From Eledone cirrhosa (Eukaryota), in the NCBI GenBank assembly GCA_964016885.1, contig OZ024746.1, positions 97,526,001-97,590,000 of the forward strand: a DNA stretch of 64,000 nt. The letters are read 5' to 3'. The notes below the pieces were generated by a model. The model was not told where the DNA came from. It saw only the letters and a list, made by a program, of their open reading frames with translations, and ran no database searches. This document shows positions 12,934-25,119 of this stretch, in pieces (position 1 is the stretch's first letter; the number at the start of each line of letters is the position of its first letter). The position numbers and the translations under genes were made by a program.

Positions 12934-13262
12934 TCAGTCACGAGTGACCATGGGATTTGACCCCTTTTGGTAACGTATGATCATGGGATTTGCACCTAGA
13001 AACTTCCCCTTCAAGGCACAAACCCGGGCAAAGTTTGTTTGAGGAAGACCAGCAGTCGTCCATACGTACCAGCCTCCTCTCTCCACGCCACCGATGTTGT
13101 CTAAGGGAAAGTCAATGGCTGATACAGCTTGGCACCAGTGACATGGCAACTCATTTTTACAGCTGAGTAAACTGGAGCAAAGTGAAATAAAGTGTCTTGC
13201 TTTAGGACACAACGCATCACCTGGCCCAAGAATCGAACTAACCACTAAACCATGCGCCTTCA
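12934..13262 (-). mobile_element. tRNA/CORE-like SINE with a different body
   Basis: Head gaaggcgcatggtttagtggttag..ttcgattc plus CORE-like gtgtcctaaagcaagacactttatttcac; related head at 36508-36760(+). Confidence 0.65.
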
Positions 13263-13719
13263 CTGGATCTATATAGTACAGAGAATAATGTACAAAAGCT
13301 AGGAAAAGTCAGAGCAATAATGTTTTAGACTTTACTAGACAGCCATTAATATTAAAGAATTTTTAAAATTCTGTAGGTTATAAATGTTAGCTAGTTTGCT
13401 AACTAGAAGATAAAATATATAAAAAATAAAACAAATATACTAGTAATAATTAATTTTAAATGAAAACACTTTTTAACGATATTTTTCAAAAGGTGTTCAT
13501 TTTCTATTTATAAAAGAGCTGCAAGAGTTATTCCCCTTACAATACTTTCCCTCGTATTATTTTCATGGTAATGAATGATATTTTTCAATACTACTGGAAA
13601 ATCTGATAGTTTACAGGATAGTTTACATTGATCAACACACTTTTTGCGGACTTAGGTTTTGTTGTTGTTTTTAGCTAATTTTGAGGTACTGATTTCAAAT
13701 ATGGCATCTATTTCCCCCT

Positions 13720-13835
13720 AACACACCAGGTTTTCATGTTTATCTTTCGCTCGGCTATCCCATAAACACAGGAAACACGGATATTTTGTGTACCCTCCTT
13801 GTTGGCCAAGTGAAAACTTGATGTGATAGGAAAAA
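13720..13835 (-). mobile_element. DNA transposase fragment, Chapaev3-like
   Basis: LGQQGGYTKYPCFLCLWDSRAK matches the GYTKY.CFLC.WDSR motif that I recall for Chapaev3-type transposases; short and isolated. Confidence 0.55.
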
Positions 13836-15039
13836 AGTATTGTCATTTTAAAACTCAGCAGCAGGGCCTCATAGAGAAATTTTGCAAGGCAGTATAAGAG
13901 TCCTTTAGGGCCTGAAGCAGACAAAGATTTTTCTCAAAATGGATATAGCAAGGTTGCTGTGGGGCCTTCTTAGCTCTTGAGCCTCGGAACAAAGTACCAG
14001 CTGGACCCACTCTCATAGGCCCTGCCCCAAATTATTCAAGAACAGGTCTCAAACTTAGAAAAAAGGCAAAATTTTGTTGACTGAACAGTACAGCCAAGGT
14101 TAACTTTGCATTTTATACTTGCGGGTCAATAAAATAAAGTACCAATAATGCAGTGGGATAATTGCTGGCCTTGTGCCAAAAGTAGAAACTATTATTTTAC
14201 ATTAGTAAGACTCTAAGAAAAAGTAACACATGTTACATGAAGATAACTATATTTCTAAGTTATACCTGGTATAGTAATTATTTGAATAAATTCCATTTAA
14301 ATTATATAATTGTTTCTACTTTTGGCACAAGGCCAGCAATTGCCCCAGTGTATTACTGGTACTTTATTTTATCGACCCCGTAAGGATGAAAGGCAAAGTT
14401 AACCTCGGCGGGGTTTGAACTCAGAATGGAAAGGGCCGTAACTCTTTGCATCAAAGCAAGGCGTCCGACCCTCTACCGATACTGCCAATCCACGAATGTA
14501 ATACAAAAAAGATAAATAAAAGTAAGGGAAGGAGGAAAGATGCCACACTATATCCCACTCTAAGAATTATATCTACTTTAATTATTTCATTTTAGTGTAA
14601 CTTTAACCCTTTCGTTACAATATTTCTAATGAAACACAATGCCTACGAGTTTCATGAATTTTTTATACACTATGCAAATGTTTTATTTTGGGGAAGATAG
14701 TAAGATGTAGTTTGAGGAAGATTTAAGTTGCTATTTCTTGCTGGTTGAATGACTGCACAGAGGCTCCCTCTAAGTAGTGAGTGTGTTAACTCTTTTATTG
14801 TTTCTAATCAAAAATATGGTCTATGATTTTGAAATAATTTAGAAAATAATCCAGAACTTGGATGGATATAGCAAAATAACTAACTTCCTCATTAAAATGT
14901 TCTTTGGAACATAATTTAAGGAATGTACTTGCATAAAATTAAGATAGGTTTTCACCTAAATATAAAGACTTTAAAACAAACAGTCTTGTTTCATAGAACC
15001 AGGAGCAGTTTCAGGTAGTTTGGTATCAAAGGGGTTAAA

Positions 15040-15693
15040 CTGTATCTGGTCAGCAATGCTACATAGTAGTGAGACATGGGAGCTGTCTGTAGAAGACTTG
15101 CATAGATTAGAAAGAAACGAAGCTTGCATGCTCCGATGGATGTGAAATAGTAATATATGTGAATGGCAAAGCATAAACGAACTGAGAGAGACACTGAGCA
15201 TAAGAGGAGGATGCGTTGGTATGGACATGTGATGTGTATGAAGGATGACAGCTGCATAAAAAGATGCAGAGCACTAAAAGTCGATGGAAGCCGCGGAGTG
15301 GGGGAGACCCAAGAAGACCTGGGATGATGTGATAAAAGCTGACCTTGCTCAATTGCACCTGTGTCACACAAGACTGACCTCTGGCATCACGCAGTACTAC
15401 AGAAGACCCAACTTCCCATGGGTACAAGCCAAAGCCGAAGCATATAGAAAATATGCCCCCACACCCTCCCACTGCAAAGTGGTTGTGGAGGTGTCACGAC
15501 AAAAAAAGCACCCAGTCCACACTGTAAATGAGGTTGGTGTTAGGAAGGGCATCCAGCTGTAGATATCAAGCCAAAATTAGTTCCCATATGAGCAAGACAA
15601 GGTCACCAGACCTGGCATTGCCCATGACAGGACAACCCGTCTAACCCATGTTGGCGTGGAAGAATAGACATAAAACGGTGATGATGATGATGA
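15040..15693 (+). mobile_element. degenerate RTE subfamily A 3' fragment
   Basis: AMLHSSETW..RLERNEACMLRWM..RWYGHVM..GRPKKTWDDVIKADL; 3' UTR and (GAT)n tail; contains deletions and stops. Confidence 0.88.
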
Positions 15694-15708
15694 CATTTAT
15701 ATAGGTAT

Positions 15709-15861
15709 ATAAGATAACAAGGATGATTGGTTTCTCCTTCATTACGTTTATTGGTTGGTGACGCGCGTTTCGCCACTGACTAGATCAAGGTTCGATCTGT
15801 ATCGATCTGACCTAACCAATAAACATAATGAAGGAGAAACCAATCATCCTTGTTATCTTAT
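15709..15861. repeat. 48-bp inverted repeat, Penelope-like terminal inversion
   Basis: Arms 15709-15756 and 15814-15861 with one mismatch; spacer contains gacgcgcgtttcg (reverse complement cgaaacgcgcgtc). Confidence 0.75.
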
Positions 15862-16346
15862 TCAACTATAATACACTCTGTATAGCTCTACACCTCGACA
15901 CTGAAGTGAAGCTACAGTAACTCCAAGTTACCCTCCCTGGATAGATATATATATATGTGTGTGTGTGTGTGTATATACATACTTATCAACTAGACTTTAC
16001 GGATTAATGGTGAAATATATTTCTTTAATGAAATATATACAAGGAAGATTAATCATTTTTTAAAAGGTAATATTTGAAGCTCTAGTTAAACTTTAATTAG
16101 TTACCTACCTAGCTATGTGTGATTACACACTTTACAAATTATCCTCTGTGATTGTTTCATGTGTTTATTTTAAATATGTATATATGTCAATCAATTTCTA
16201 GTTGATATAAAATGCTCGGATCTATTCATTGGAATCTTTGACCTTATTCTACGGTGGATATGGGGTATGTCTCGGGCATGACTCCCTTAATTTAATTTAA
16301 TTTAATTAATTTTGGATATATATACATACTTATATTGTTATACTTG

Positions 16347-16665
16347 GGGAGGGTCATATTGTTGTAATAATATTGGCAGAAATAATAACAGAACACACTC
16401 AGTGTTTGGTTGGCTTTTGCTTCTGTATCTTTTATATCTCCACAGTTAATTCATTTGGTCCTCAATGTTTATCATTGACTGACCTACGGTAAAAAATACA
16501 GATATAAACACATATATATATATAGTCTAACAAAGTTCTTTCGTTGCACATCTGCAACATCATCAGTGGTACTATTATGTTCCTCCTGTTGTATTGTATG
16601 TCTACTAAACAGTGAGCATGTTGTTATTATTTCTGGCAATATTATAACAACAATATGACCCTCCC
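16347..16665. repeat. about 44-bp inverted repeat of a putative Penelope-like element remnant
   Basis: gggagggtcatattgttgtaataatattggcagaaataataaca (16347-16390) pairs with tgttattatttctggcaatattataacaacaatatgaccctccc (16622-16665); the same terminal motif occurs at 19180-19210. Confidence 0.75.
16524..16573 (-). ncRNA. degenerate hammerhead ribozyme motif
   Basis: Minus strand: CUGAUGA U GUUGCA-gaug-UGCAAC GAAA; perfect 6-bp stem II but stems I and III imperfect. Confidence 0.45.
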
Positions 16666-16671
16666 TACTGT

Positions 16672-16735
16672 GTTTATTAAGCTCTGATGATTCCTACCCA
16701 ACGGTATGGATGAAACATTGTAAGCAAATAAAAAC
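16672..16735 (+). ncRNA. minimal type I hammerhead ribozyme motif
   Basis: gct CUGAUGA (16684-16690) ttcc-tacc-caac-ggta-t-ggat GAAAC att GUA agc; stem I gct/agc extended by ttatt/aataa; U-U mismatch at the base of stem II. Confidence 0.6.
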
Positions 16736-17049
16736 TGTTTAAGTATGTAAGCGTTCTTTGATTTCTTTTATATATAATGTCTCTGTTCTCATACATTGAG
16801 CTAATACAATACCGTCAAAATATAACACGGTGCGTGTGTGTTTATACGCATGCACTCCGTGCTATACGTACGTGAATAAATATATATATATATACATATA
16901 TACATATATATATATATACACATACATATATATATATATATACACATACATATATATATATACACACATATATATATATATACACATATATATATATATA
17001 TATATATACATATATACGCTGATAAGAAGGTAGCTTGGAAGTGTCACTA

Positions 17050-18831
17050 TGAAAGGCTACTAAATGAGGAGAATAAATGGGAGAAAGACAGTCTCCCCCA
17101 TATCGACCCAATAGAGGGACCAGCAGTGTTAGTCGAGGGGAGTATAATAAGTAAGGCAATCAAGGATATGAAGACGGGTAAGGCAGCTGGGCCTTCGGAA
17201 ATAGTTGCTGAGATGCTGAAGGCATCTGGCACGGTGGGACACACCATGGTCACCCGCATAGTTAACCAAGTCGTACAGAATGGGGTTGTTCCGAAGGACT
17301 GGCATAGCAGCATCATCGTTAACTGTTATAAGGGTAAAGGAGATGCCCTAGATAGGAGTAACTATAGAGGCATTAAATTAATCGACCAAGTCATGAAGGT
17401 CACGGAAAAAGTAATAGCACAACTAATCAGAGAGAGAATTGACCTAGATGAAATGCAGTTCGGGTTTGTGTCAGGCAAAAGTACCACAGACGCTCTTTTC
17501 ATTGTACGACAACTACAGGAGAAGTACCTAGCTAAAGGTAAACCCCTCTACTTAGCTTTTGTCGACTTGGAGAAAGCCTTCGACAGAGTCCCCCGCTCCA
17601 TTATCTGGTGGGCTCTTAGAAAACTAGGCGTTGACGAATGGCTTGTGAGAGCTATACAAGCCATGTATAAAGAAACAGTCAGCAAGGTTAGAATTAACAA
17701 CGAATATAGTGAAGAGTTTAGTGTAAAAGTTGGCGTCCATCAGGGCTCTGTTCTCAGCCCCCTACTATTTATTATTGCCCTTCAGGCTATAACAGAGGAG
17801 TTCAAGACCGGCTGCCCATGGGAACTCCTATACGCAGACGACCTGACACTCATAGCGGAATCAATGGCCGAGCTAGAGAAGAAATTCCAAACATGGAAGC
17901 ACGGCCTAGAATCAAAAGGCCTTAAAATTAACCTGGCTAAGACTAAAGTTCTAGTTTGTAGGAAAGAAAATAAGGCGGCGGTCCCTTCTGGGAAATGGTC
18001 GTGCTCGGTGTGTAGGAAAGGCGTAGGTAGAAACTCTATTTTATGTCCTAAATGCAAAGTATGGGTGCATAAAAGATGTAGTGGGATCACAGGTAAGCTA
18101 ACTAAGAACATAGATTTTACATGTGGCCGGTGCTCTGGTGCAATAAGTAGCAGCAAGTGCCCACAAAATACTAGCTCTTTCAATTGCGCAGAGGGTTCTA
18201 TAGAAATAGTGGACAGTTTCCGTTACCTGGGTGATAAAATCAGCAGTGGGGGAGGGTGCTCTGAAAGTACAGTAGCTAGAGTCAGAACTGGTTGGAAAAA
18301 GTTCAGAGAGCTTATACCACTATTAGCTGCTAAAGGGTTCTCCCTAAAAATGAAAGGCAGGTTGTACGATGCCTGCATACGAACAGCAATGTTGCATGGC
18401 AGTGAGACCTAGGCATTGTGTGCAGAGGATATACGCAGACTAGAGAGGAACGAAGCTTGCATGCTCCGCTGGATGCGTAACAGTAATATACGTGAACGGC
18501 AAAGCATAAACGAACTAAGGAAAAAATTAGAAATTAGAGGGATCAGATGTTGTTTACTCGAGAGAAGGCTACGTTGGTATGGACACGTGATGCGCATGAA
18601 AGTCGATAGCTGTATAACAAAGTGCAGGGCAATAAAGATAGACGGTAGCCACAGAATAGGCAGACCTAGAAAAACCTGGGACGAGCTGATAAACTCCGAC
18701 CTCACACACTTACACCTCTCCAAGACAATGTCACTGGACCGAGACCTTTGGCGGTACTCAGTAACAGAGAAGACCCGCCTTACCTAAATACATAGTAAAA
18801 CCTACTACAGCCAGTAGGCATCTCTAACAAA

Positions 18832-18835
<4 letters not shown>
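17050..18835 (+). mobile_element. 5'-truncated RTE LINE (subfamily C): RT domain + PHD-like Cys/His insert + C-terminus; one in-frame stop
   Basis: ORF 17126-18412 has NYRGIKL, QFGF, AFVDLEKAFD, GVHQGSVLSP, LYADD; CSVC..CPKC..WVHKRC..CGRC; TGG>TAG stop at 18410-18412, then the frame continues to 18787. Confidence 0.95.
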
Positions 18836-18912
<77 letters not shown>

Positions 18913-18929
18913 TACATATATATAAATAC

Positions 18930-18968
<39 letters not shown>

Positions 18969-18977
18969 TATAAATAC

Positions 18978-19066
<89 letters not shown>
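18836..19066. repeat. (AT)n microsatellite; similar (AT/AC)n tracts at 16880-17017, 19438-19787, 20137-20345, 27010-27290, 28800-29370
   Basis: Direct reading; source of the YI/HI-repeat ORFs. Confidence 0.97.
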
Positions 19067-19069
<3 letters not shown>

Positions 19070-19201
19070 TCTGGTTGTGGACCCAACCAACCAACCGAAA
19101 ATTTATAAATTCCTAAATTTATGAATTTAATTTATAATAAATCGAAGTGAAAGCAACTGGTGCGTGTGTTTCTTATTGGCAACATGACCCTCCCAAAGCA
19201 T

Positions 19202-19234
<33 letters not shown>

Positions 19235-19274
19235 CGATATTAATAAATGGAAACTATATTTATAAAACCATATT

Positions 19275-19339
19275 TATTTCATTATACATATTTCAAGGAC
19301 ACCAAGTTAAATTATGGTGTGCTTTCATCAGATAAAATA
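19275..19339 (-). ncRNA. minimal type I hammerhead ribozyme motif (same family as 58636-58703)
   Basis: Minus strand: uauuuuau CUGAUGA aag..cacc..ggug..cuu GAA AUAUGUAU A augaaaua; 8-bp stem I with one G-U; AUA triplet. Confidence 0.65.
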
Positions 19340-19527
19340 TAATATAGAACAGTTTTATAAATAAATATTGACATACCCTTAAAGAATGCAACCATTACTG
19401 TTGGAAGCAACCGGGAGCTTCCACCAGTAATGGTTGCATATATATATACATATATATACACATATATATATACATACATATATATATACATATATATACA
19501 TATATATATACATACATATATATATAC

Positions 19528-19572
<45 letters not shown>

Positions 19573-19625
19573 CATATATATATATACACATACATATATA
19601 TATACACATACATACATATATACAC

Positions 19626-19658
<33 letters not shown>

Positions 19659-19789
19659 CATATACACATATATATATATATATATATATACATATATGCA
19701 TATATACATATACACATATATATATATACATATATACATATACACATATATATACATATATATATATACACATATACACATATATATTG

Positions 19790-20136
19790 AGGCACATGGC
19801 TTAGTGGTTAGAGCATTGGCCTTGCAATCGAAAGGTTGTGAGTTCAATTCTCAGACCAGGTGATGTGTTGTTTCCTTGAGCAAGACACTTTATTTCACAT
19901 TGCTCCAGTTTACTCAGCTGTAGAAATGAGATGATAGGGACTGGGGTCCATATCATTCCACTGTAAAGTGGTCGTGGAGGTGCCACGGCAAAAAAGCACC
20001 CAGCACTCACTGTAAATGAGGTTGGTGTTAGGAAGGGTATCCAGCTGTAGAAATCAAGCCAGAATCAGTTTCCGTCCCACCCTTGCAAGCAGGGAAAAGC
20101 AGACGTAAAATGAAATGATGAAATGATGATGATGAT
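19790..20136 (+). mobile_element. SINE family 2, full length, short-tail variant
   Basis: A-box-like tggcttagtgg, B-box-like gagttcaattc, CORE-like ccttgagcaagacact, RTE-UTR body, tail ccgtcccacccttgcaagcaggg + (gat)n. Further copies at 24714-25082(-), 44785-45133(+), 58995-59307(-), partial 32365-32507(-). Confidence 0.9.
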
Positions 20137-20179
20137 ACATATATATATATACATGTGTGTGTATATATATATATGTGTA

Positions 20180-20210
<31 letters not shown>

Positions 20211-20223
20211 GTGTATATATATT

Positions 20224-20254
<31 letters not shown>

Positions 20255-20268
20255 ATAGATATATATAG

Positions 20269-20313
<45 letters not shown>

Positions 20314-21524
20314 TATATATACATATATGTGTGTGTCTGTGTGTGTGTTTATATTAAAATAACTGGATTATCAAGTGTAATCTTATAAAAAATTTATAGA
20401 AAACTATCATTGCTCTGCTTTGAAACAAGCCTCAATCTTTTGATGTAGTCTTTTAACATCTATTGTATGTGTTGGCATCAGTTCAGTAATGAGTCTCTGT
20501 TAAAAGGATTACCAAATCATATGACACATTCCCTATGAGCTTTCTCTTAGATTTTATTATTTTCATGTTGTTACTGCTATTTTTTCTATATGTTACTTAT
20601 TAATGTTTGTATTCCAAATGATGAAAGGATAATAATCATCATTATCATCATACATCAAGTTTCTATGCGGGTATGGTTTGGATGAGTGATCACAGTCAGA
20701 TGCTAGACAGGTCAAAGTGACCTGTCTTATTCAAAACTTTCATAATTTGGCATGGTTTCTATGGGTGGATGACATTTCTAACCCTAAAGGATTAAATAGT
20801 GTTAATATTTCAGTAATGGTTCTCCAATTTTCTATATTATTAAGGCAAATGTTTCATGGCTGAATGCTGGGCCTATATTAACCTCTCCGGTGTGAAGTAG
20901 GGAGGTAATTAAATTATAAACCGATTGGCTGAGATAACTGGAGTAACGTTCCTTGGCTAAAGATGTTTCTTTAACCATAACCATATTTCTAATGAAATAC
21001 ACTCTTTTAATTTAATTGGAAACCTTTAACCATTTCCTAACTGCATTTCTAAGGAAATACATTCTGTTTCAATTAATTAATGAAGAATGTTGAGAGATTT
21101 ACTAAGATTATTAATTATTTCATTACTAAGATAGTAACTTAATGTAAGGTTCTTATATAAAATTATATTGGAGGATTTTAATTTAAATTGGAAACCTTTA
21201 AAATGGGTGATTTTATTTCATAGAACCACAGCCGGTTATGGCTAGGTTGGTAACTAATGGGCTAAGGTTGGTAACTAACGGGCTAAGGTAGTAAACCTCA
21301 TGATGTTGCAAAATTATTAGTTCTTGTTTGATCCTTAATAAACTGCTTGAAAGTGCCCTTGGTTCTAGGGTACAAAACTTTGTTTTTAAATGTTTATATT
21401 CATCTAAAAATCTTCCATCACAATTTTATGCAAGAACTTTTGTTGTTATATGTATGGTCCCATAACTCCTGATAGAGTTGTAGGGGCTCCGTATTGACAG
21501 ACGGCGTTTCTTGGGCATTTTAAG

Positions 21525-21648
21525 CCTGGTGGAGCCCATCCCTCCCCAGGTCTGACCTGGTGGAGCCCATCCCTCTCCAGGCCTGACCTGGTGGAGCCCA
21601 TCCCTCTCCAGGCCTGACCTGGTGGAGCCCATCCCTCTCCAGGCCTGA
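21525..21648. repeat. 31-bp tandem repeat x4
   Basis: Unit cctggtggagcccatccctctccaggcctga. Confidence 0.9.
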
Positions 21649-22829
21649 GTACTGCAGATTTCTTCCAGAGAAAGTTAAAAAGTGAGAGGACATGAGAAAG
21701 AGATATAGAGGACCCGGTACTACAATGGTACTTTCTTTTATTGACCTTGAAAGGATGAAAGGCAATGTTGACCTTGGTGGGATTTGAACTGAGAGAGCCA
21801 GAACGAATACCATAAAGGATTCTATCTCACATTCTAATGACTCCAATTTGCCACCAATTGTTGTTATATACCAAATAGCTATTAAATAATGAGAAAGTTA
21901 GTGTCTTTCATTAGAAATATGATAAAGAAAGGCTTAAAACAAAGCCTACAGTATATAAACTCTAATTACAGCTACCAGTGAAATAGTCAATAATGATTAT
22001 ATTTTACATGTATAATTACATGTCAATAATAATCAATGCTATAACGATATCAGGCGTCATTTTGTCAGCAAAAACAAAATCTAATAAAGGTCACTTAGAT
22101 AATATATAAATAGACAAATGCAATTTAACACAAAAATAGTTTTAAGAAATAGTTCTAGAATATTTCACAAGTAACGATAAATCAAAAACATAGATATGGA
22201 AAAATAAGATTTAAACTAAATTGATATTATTTCTAATAAGTTGTCAAAAGATATTTTCTTCTAGGCAGTTTCTTAAAAGATAAAAGATTATAAAGATAAA
22301 ATTAGAGTTAACATTTTAATATTAGACAATATTAGACAATGTCTTTCAAGAACAAAATTAAAGGATAAAATAGAATTATGAAATAAAGCAAAAAATATAA
22401 TATATTTCTTCTCTTCAAGATCAGCTTGATGTCGGTGTTGTAATTTACTTATCTTAAATACATCCTTGTCAATGTTTTAATAAATTCAGTTCTTTCTATA
22501 TGACATTTTATTTAATTTTTCAGAATTCAAACAAAGCAAATTTGTATAACTCTAGTGAAGGTTCAGTAAATATTTTCCAAAAATATTTAGATTGGAAAAT
22601 TATTTTTCTTTAAACACATACCTAGCACATAGGTGTACACAAAAAATTGCTATGTTAAAAATAATATATTAAAGATTCGTTAATTAAAATTAAATATTTT
22701 ATTTTTAAAATTGTTAATATTTGGTAGCAAATTGGCAGAAACTTTAAAGCAGTGGACAAAATGCTTTGTGGTATTAATTTTGGCTTCTTGCATTCTGAAT
22801 TTAAATCCTGGTTGTATGAGAACAGGTAA

Positions 22830-23630
22830 CAATTTCTATACATGGATGGCTGAGGACAGCTGACAACTCTTATACATGGATGGCTGAGGACAGCTGACAA
22901 CTCTTATACATGGATGGCTGAGGACAGCTGACAACTCTTATACATGGATGGCTGAGGACAGCTGACAACTCTTATACATGGATGGCTGAGGACAGCTGAC
23001 AACTCTTATACATGGATGGCTGAGGACAGCTGACAACTCTTATACATGGATGACTGAGGACAGCTGACAACTCTTATACATGGATGGCTGAGGACAGCTG
23101 ACAACTCTTATACATGGATGGCTGAGGACAGCTGACAACTCTTATACATGGATGGCTGAGGACAGCTGACAACTCTTATACATGGATGGCTGAGGACAGC
23201 TGACAACTCTTATACATGGATGGCTGAGGACAGCTGACAACTCTTATACATGGATGGCTGAGGACAGCTGACAACTCTTATACATGGATGACTGAGGACA
23301 GCTGACAACTCTTATACATGGATGGCTGAGGACAGCTGACAACTCTTATACATGGATGGCTGAGGACAGCTGACAACTCTTATACATGGATGGCTGAGGA
23401 CAGCTGACAACTCTTATACATGGATGGCTGAGGACAGCTGACAACTCTTATACATGGATGGCTGAGGACAGCTGACAACTCTTATACATGGATGGCTGAG
23501 AAAAGCTGACAATTTATATTCATGGTTGGTCGAGAACAGCTAACAATTTCTATATAAGATTGAGTGGGAACAGCTAACAATGTTTATACTTGGTTTGCTG
23601 AGAACAGCTAACAATTGTTATATATGCTTG
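22830..23630. repeat. 34-bp tandem array: about 19 near-identical plus about 4 degenerate copies
   Basis: Unit catggatggctgaggacagctgacaactcttata; decays after about 23500 into gagaacagctaacaatt variants. Confidence 0.97.
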
Positions 23631-24094
23631 GCTAGTAGATCAGTGTTGGGAAAAGCAGTGTACTGTAAGAAACACTATTCCTAACATATGTTATGTAAAT
23701 GTTTCAACATTTACACTTACTTAGAAATATAAATCAGAGAGATACAAAACAGTAGACACATGCATGCACAAACAGAGACATACACATACACAAGACATGT
23801 TCTCTAGCTCAGCTAGGAGGGCAGTAAGTCTGAATAAAACTGACTTGGACTATAACTATCTGACCAATCTGTGCCAGTATGAAAATAAATGTAAAATGAT
23901 GGTGGAAGAAGGGGAGGGTAGTATATTTTTAAATAATCAGATTAAGTTATATAAAATATCTGCTGAAAGATTCCAAGGAAAATAATTAAATGTTTATTGA
24001 CAGAATCAAATATGTATTTATTTATAATGATTGGTTACTTCAATGTTTTGATTAAGTAAACAGTCACTTCTTCTCCTCTTCCTCCTCCTCCTGC

Positions 24095-24525
24095 ATCAGC
24101 CACTTATTTCTGAGAAGGTCGTAAAGGCAGTGACCTCAAACACTTCTTCCAGCGGGTCCTGTCAGAAGCAACCATCTCCAGCTGATCTGGGTGGTTACCC
24201 AAGTGAGGCTCATGGATGTTATCTGATCATCTTGCTTGGGGTCTACCACTGGGTGTCCTGCTAGTTGGTTTTGCCTGTAAAATCTGCCCGGTGATTCTTT
24301 CCTGAGACATTCTAACCACATGCCCATAGTATCAGAGCTGTGATCTCTCTATTCAGAGAAGTAGCAGCTCTACCTGGGGTGACTCTCCGGTGATTCTTTC
24401 CTGAGTCATTCTAACCTCATGCCCATAGTATCAGAGCTGTGATCTCTCTATTCAGAGAAGTAGCAACTCTATCTGGAGTAACACTCTGATCACCGAGCTA
24501 CACACTCTATCGAGTAACATTACTC
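24095..24525 (-). mobile_element. RTE (Rex3-like) 3' fragment with the same 99-bp unit duplicated
   Basis: Homologous to 1-160 and 1640-1775; unit starts at 24291 and 24390. Confidence 0.85.
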
Positions 24526-25083
24526 CAAATATTATATTCACTCTATATACAGTATATGTGTTCTTCAGTGCATGGTTAGTGTGTTATTACACAAACACAT
24601 AAAACAAACATATACATTCAATATCAATAACATTCAATCTGTTTCTCTTTATATAGTACATAACATAAGAGATTTAGTCCTTCTTTCCTTGACTATATTT
24701 ACAAATATATATATCATCATCATCATCATTTTATTTTACGTCCGATTTTCCTTGCTTGCAAGGGTTAGACGGGAACTGATTCTGGCTTGATTTCTACAGC
24801 TGGATGCCCTTCCTAACACCAACCTCATTTACAGTGAGTGCTGGGTGCTTTTTTTCCCGTAGCGCCTACACATCTACTTTGTAGTGTGGGCTGGGTGATT
24901 TTTTGCCGTGGCACCTCCACGACCACCACAGTCCTATCATTTCATTTCTACAGCTGAGTAAACTGGAGCAATGTGAAATAAAGTGTCTTGCTCAAGGAAA
25001 CAACACATCACCCGGTCTAAGAATTGAACTCACAACCTTTCGATTGCAAGGCCTATGCTCTAACCTCTAAGCCATGTGCCTCC

Positions 25084-25114
<31 letters not shown>

Positions 25115-25119
25115 CATAC

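Noticed and set aside
15757-15800. Hammerhead ribozyme on the minus strand (..gaaacgcgcguc)
   Set aside because: GAAAC, palindromic stem III and GUC are present, but the CUGANGA core and stem I are not recognisable.
17126-18787. Active autonomous LINE (also 56399-58281)
   Set aside because: No endonuclease domain or 5' end; in-frame stops and frameshifts.
18780-20362. Many YIYI/HIHI ORFs (also 16830-17047, 26940-27302, 28768-29445)
   Set aside because: Translations of (AT)n/(AC)n microsatellites.
22830-23500. CRISPR-like appearance of 34-37-bp repeats (also 9776-10258, 37085-38812)
   Set aside because: Units are head-to-tail with no unique spacers, there are no cas genes, and the context is eukaryotic.
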